Shown: positions 22,362-24,000 of the stretch, in pieces
Position numbering within the stretch: position 1 is the first letter of the stretch
Layout of the letters: every line of letters starts with the position of its first letter
NCBI RefSeq assembly: GCF_001424905.1
Contig: NZ_LMCU01000001.1
Coordinates: 1,148,641-1,172,640, forward strand
Length of the DNA: 24,000 nt
Source of the DNA: Leifsonia sp. Root112D2
GTDB lineage: Bacteria > Actinomycetota > Actinomycetes > Actinomycetales > Microbacteriaceae
Reading direction: 5' to 3'
Program-made: the position numbers and the translations under genes
Notes under the pieces: model-generated
Databases searched by the model: none
What the model saw: the letters and a program-made list of their open reading frames with translations, nothing else
What the model was told of the DNA's origin: nothing

Positions 22362-23303
22362 ATGACCCTCGCTCCTCCGAGCGACCAACTGACCGCCGGC
22401 GCGAATGCGCGCCGGCGGTCGGCTCGGCCCGAGAGACGCCCTGCCGGGCGCGTGCCCATCGGGTACGTCTTCGTCTCTCTTTACACGGTTCTCGCCCTGG
22501 CCTTCGGCATCGTCCCGGCCATCTACGCGCTGGTACTCGCGTTCACTACCGGTGATGGCGGATTCGCCGGCCTCGACAACTTCGTCAAGGTCGTCACCGA
22601 CTTCCGCTTTTGGCCGGCGGTGCTGCACGTCACGCTGTACCTGGTCATCTGGCTGGTGATGCTTGTCATCTTCGTGGTGGCGCTGTCGCTCATCGTTCAC
22701 GCGGTGAGAGTGCGCTGGGCAGGCACGACGCTGCGCTTTATCTACTATCTCCCCGGGGCGCTTGCCGGAGCATCCAGCGTGCTGCTGTGGCTGTTCGTTC
22801 TCGACCCGACTGCCAGCCCGGTCAGCGGCCTTCTGCGCCTGATGGGCATGAACAGCTTTGTGCAGGTGATCCAGCCGGGAAACCTGCCGGTCATCTTCGC
22901 GATCATCGCCTTCTGGACCGGAGCTGGCGGCTGGATAGTGATCATGTATGGCGCGTTGAACAACGTGAGTACCGACGTGATCGAGGCCGCCCGCATCGAC
23001 GGGGCGAATGCGTCGCAAATCGCGATGCGCATCCAGTTGCCGATGCTTCGCAAGTGGATTGCATACATGGGTGTGATGTCGCTCGCGGCAGGAACCCAGC
23101 TGTTCGTCGAACCACAGTTGCTCAGCCAGGCCAGTAACGCGGTGGTCCCCAACGACTACTCGCTCAACCAGCTGGCCTATCAGTACGCGTTTCAGCAGAA
23201 CGACTTCAACGGCGCGGCCGCGATATCGCTCATCCTGCTGGTGGTCGCTCTTCTGCTGTCGTGGGTCTTCGTGACTCGCGGCGGCCTCTTCGAGAAGGAA
23301 TGA
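22362..23303 (+). CDS. Carbohydrate ABC transporter permease (MalF/UgpA-like)
   Basis: Starts 1 nt after the SBP stop. Six hydrophobic segments. EAA loop IEAARIDGANASQIAMRIQLPMLR. Confidence 0.9.
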   Translation: MTLAPPSDQLTAGANARRRSARPERRPAGRVPIGYVFVSLYTVLALAFGIVPAIYALVLAFTTGDGGFAGLDNFVKVVTDFRFWPAVLHVTLYLVIWLVMLVIFVVALSLIVHAVRVRWAGTTLRFIYYLPGALAGASSVLLWLFVLDPTASPVSGLLRLMGMNSFVQVIQPGNLPVIFAIIAFWTGAGGWIVIMYGALNNVSTDVIEAARIDGANASQIAMRIQLPMLRKWIAYMGVMSLAAGTQLFVEPQLLSQASNAVVPNDYSLNQLAYQYAFQQNDFNGAAAISLILLVVALLLSWVFVTRGGLFEKE

Positions 23304-23305
23304 CG

Positions 23306-24000
23306 ATGACTTCACTCTCCACCGAACGTCGCCAGGGTGTCGGGCTTCCCGCGTGGGGCGGGCGCTCTGTCGCCGGGCTGATACTCGTTCTCTTCGTGCT
23401 GTTCTTCGTGATTCCCATCATCTGGCTGCTCTTCGCCGTCACGAAGACCTCACGGGCGCTGATCGTCTCGAACCCGTTCGCCATTGGCTCGTGGACCGAT
23501 TTCATTGCGAACTGGAATCAGCTGTTCGGCTTTCAAGACGGGGCCGTGACGGTCTGGATCGGCAACTCCGCGCTGTACACGCTCGGCGCGCTGGTGATCA
23601 CCCTGATCGCCAGCATTCCCGCCGGGTACGCGCTGGCGCTCACCGATTTCAAGTTGCGCAAGGCGCTGCTGGTTCTGACGCTGGTCGTGATGCTCATACC
23701 GAGCACGGCGCTGGTGTTGCCGGTGTTCCTCGAGCTGAACAGTGTCGGATTGATCGGTTCGCCGCTCTCGGTGATTCTGCCGATGTCGTTCTTTCCCTTT
23801 GGCGTGTATCTCACGTACATCTATTTCTCCACGAGTATCCCGCGCGACCTGCTCGCAGCTGCGCGCATCGACGGCTGCAGCGAGGTGCAGGTCTTCACGC
23901 GCATCGCGCTGCCGCTTGCCGCCCCCATTGTGGCGCTCGTCGCGTTCTTCAGCTTCGTTCAGAACTGGAACAACTTCTTCCTGCCATTCGTCATGTTGCC
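23306..24000 (+). CDS. Carbohydrate ABC transporter permease (MalG/UgpE-like), 3' end outside the window
   Basis: Not in the ORF track because no stop falls within the window. My translation from ATG 23306 is MTSLSTERRQGVGLPAWGGRSVAGLILVLFVLFFVIPIIWLL...LLAAARIDGCSEVQVFTRIALPLAAP, which contains an EAA loop. It is open to position 24000. Confidence 0.85.
   Translation, partial: MTSLSTERRQGVGLPAWGGRSVAGLILVLFVLFFVIPIIWLLFAVTKTSRALIVSNPFAIGSWTDFIANWNQLFGFQDGAVTVWIGNSALYTLGALVITLIASIPAGYALALTDFKLRKALLVLTLVVMLIPSTALVLPVFLELNSVGLIGSPLSVILPMSFFPFGVYLTYIYFSTSIPRDLLAAARIDGCSEVQVFTRIALPLAAPIVALVAFFSFVQNWNNFFLPFVML

Noticed and set aside
400-23315. Many long reverse-strand or alternate-frame ORFs shadow the called genes. 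Examples are 400..1671(-), 2134..3627(-), 10142..12472(+), 14792..16450(+), 18381..19850(-), 21491..22459(-) and 22257..23315(-).
   Set aside because: Their translations are Arg/Pro/His/Gly-rich low-complexity strings with no family motifs. They overlap ORFs that have clear family signatures and high third-position GC. This is the expected stop-codon-poor antisense artefact of a high-GC genome.
1-24000. CRISPR arrays, rRNA or tRNA genes, riboswitch-like leaders and IS elements.
   Set aside because: No regularly spaced repeats, tRNA cloverleaf candidates or rRNA-like segments were noticed. Intergenic gaps are short except 6127-6351, 13169-13324, 14444-14632, 18097-18212 and 20856-20986, all of which are discussed in the features or findings.

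Overview
High-GC, actinobacterial-type chromosomal segment. Gene content and codon bias resemble Microbacteriaceae-like Actinomycetota, but the taxon cannot be proven from the sequence alone. I support 20 protein-coding genes, two of them cut by the window edges. I found no rRNA, tRNA, CRISPR array, transposase or integrase. Layout: (1) the tail of a liv-type ABC ATPase, then a + strand operon of MFS transporter, xylose-isomerase-like TIM barrel, KstD-like flavoprotein and a tyrosine-less SDR. (2) A quinate/shikimate-type core: a shikimate/quinate dehydrogenase (-) divergent from one ORF that encodes two fused type II dehydroquinase modules, followed by a LysR regulator. (3) A translationally coupled - strand operon of YciI-like protein, Zn-ADH, a second KstD-like flavoprotein and a FadH/BaiCD-like Fe-S flavoenzyme. 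(4) A ~1.4 kb visibly AT-richer islet carrying a class II Fic gene. (5) A six-TM membrane domain fused to a MsrP/YedY-like molybdoenzyme domain. (6) A divergent XRE-cupin regulator and CPYC flavoprotein pair. (7) A carbohydrate locus: a Tat-signal 880-aa beta-helix protein, a lipoprotein SBP and two permeases, with an identical 17-nt palindrome-containing motif ahead of both transcription units. The most unusual items are the single-chain double dehydroquinase with a degenerate second module, the SDR with no catalytic Tyr, the oxidoreductase-rich alicyclic-catabolism-like supercluster, the Fic islet, the membrane-fused molybdoenzyme and the shared operator motif. All functional calls rest on motif recognition by eye; no database search was run.
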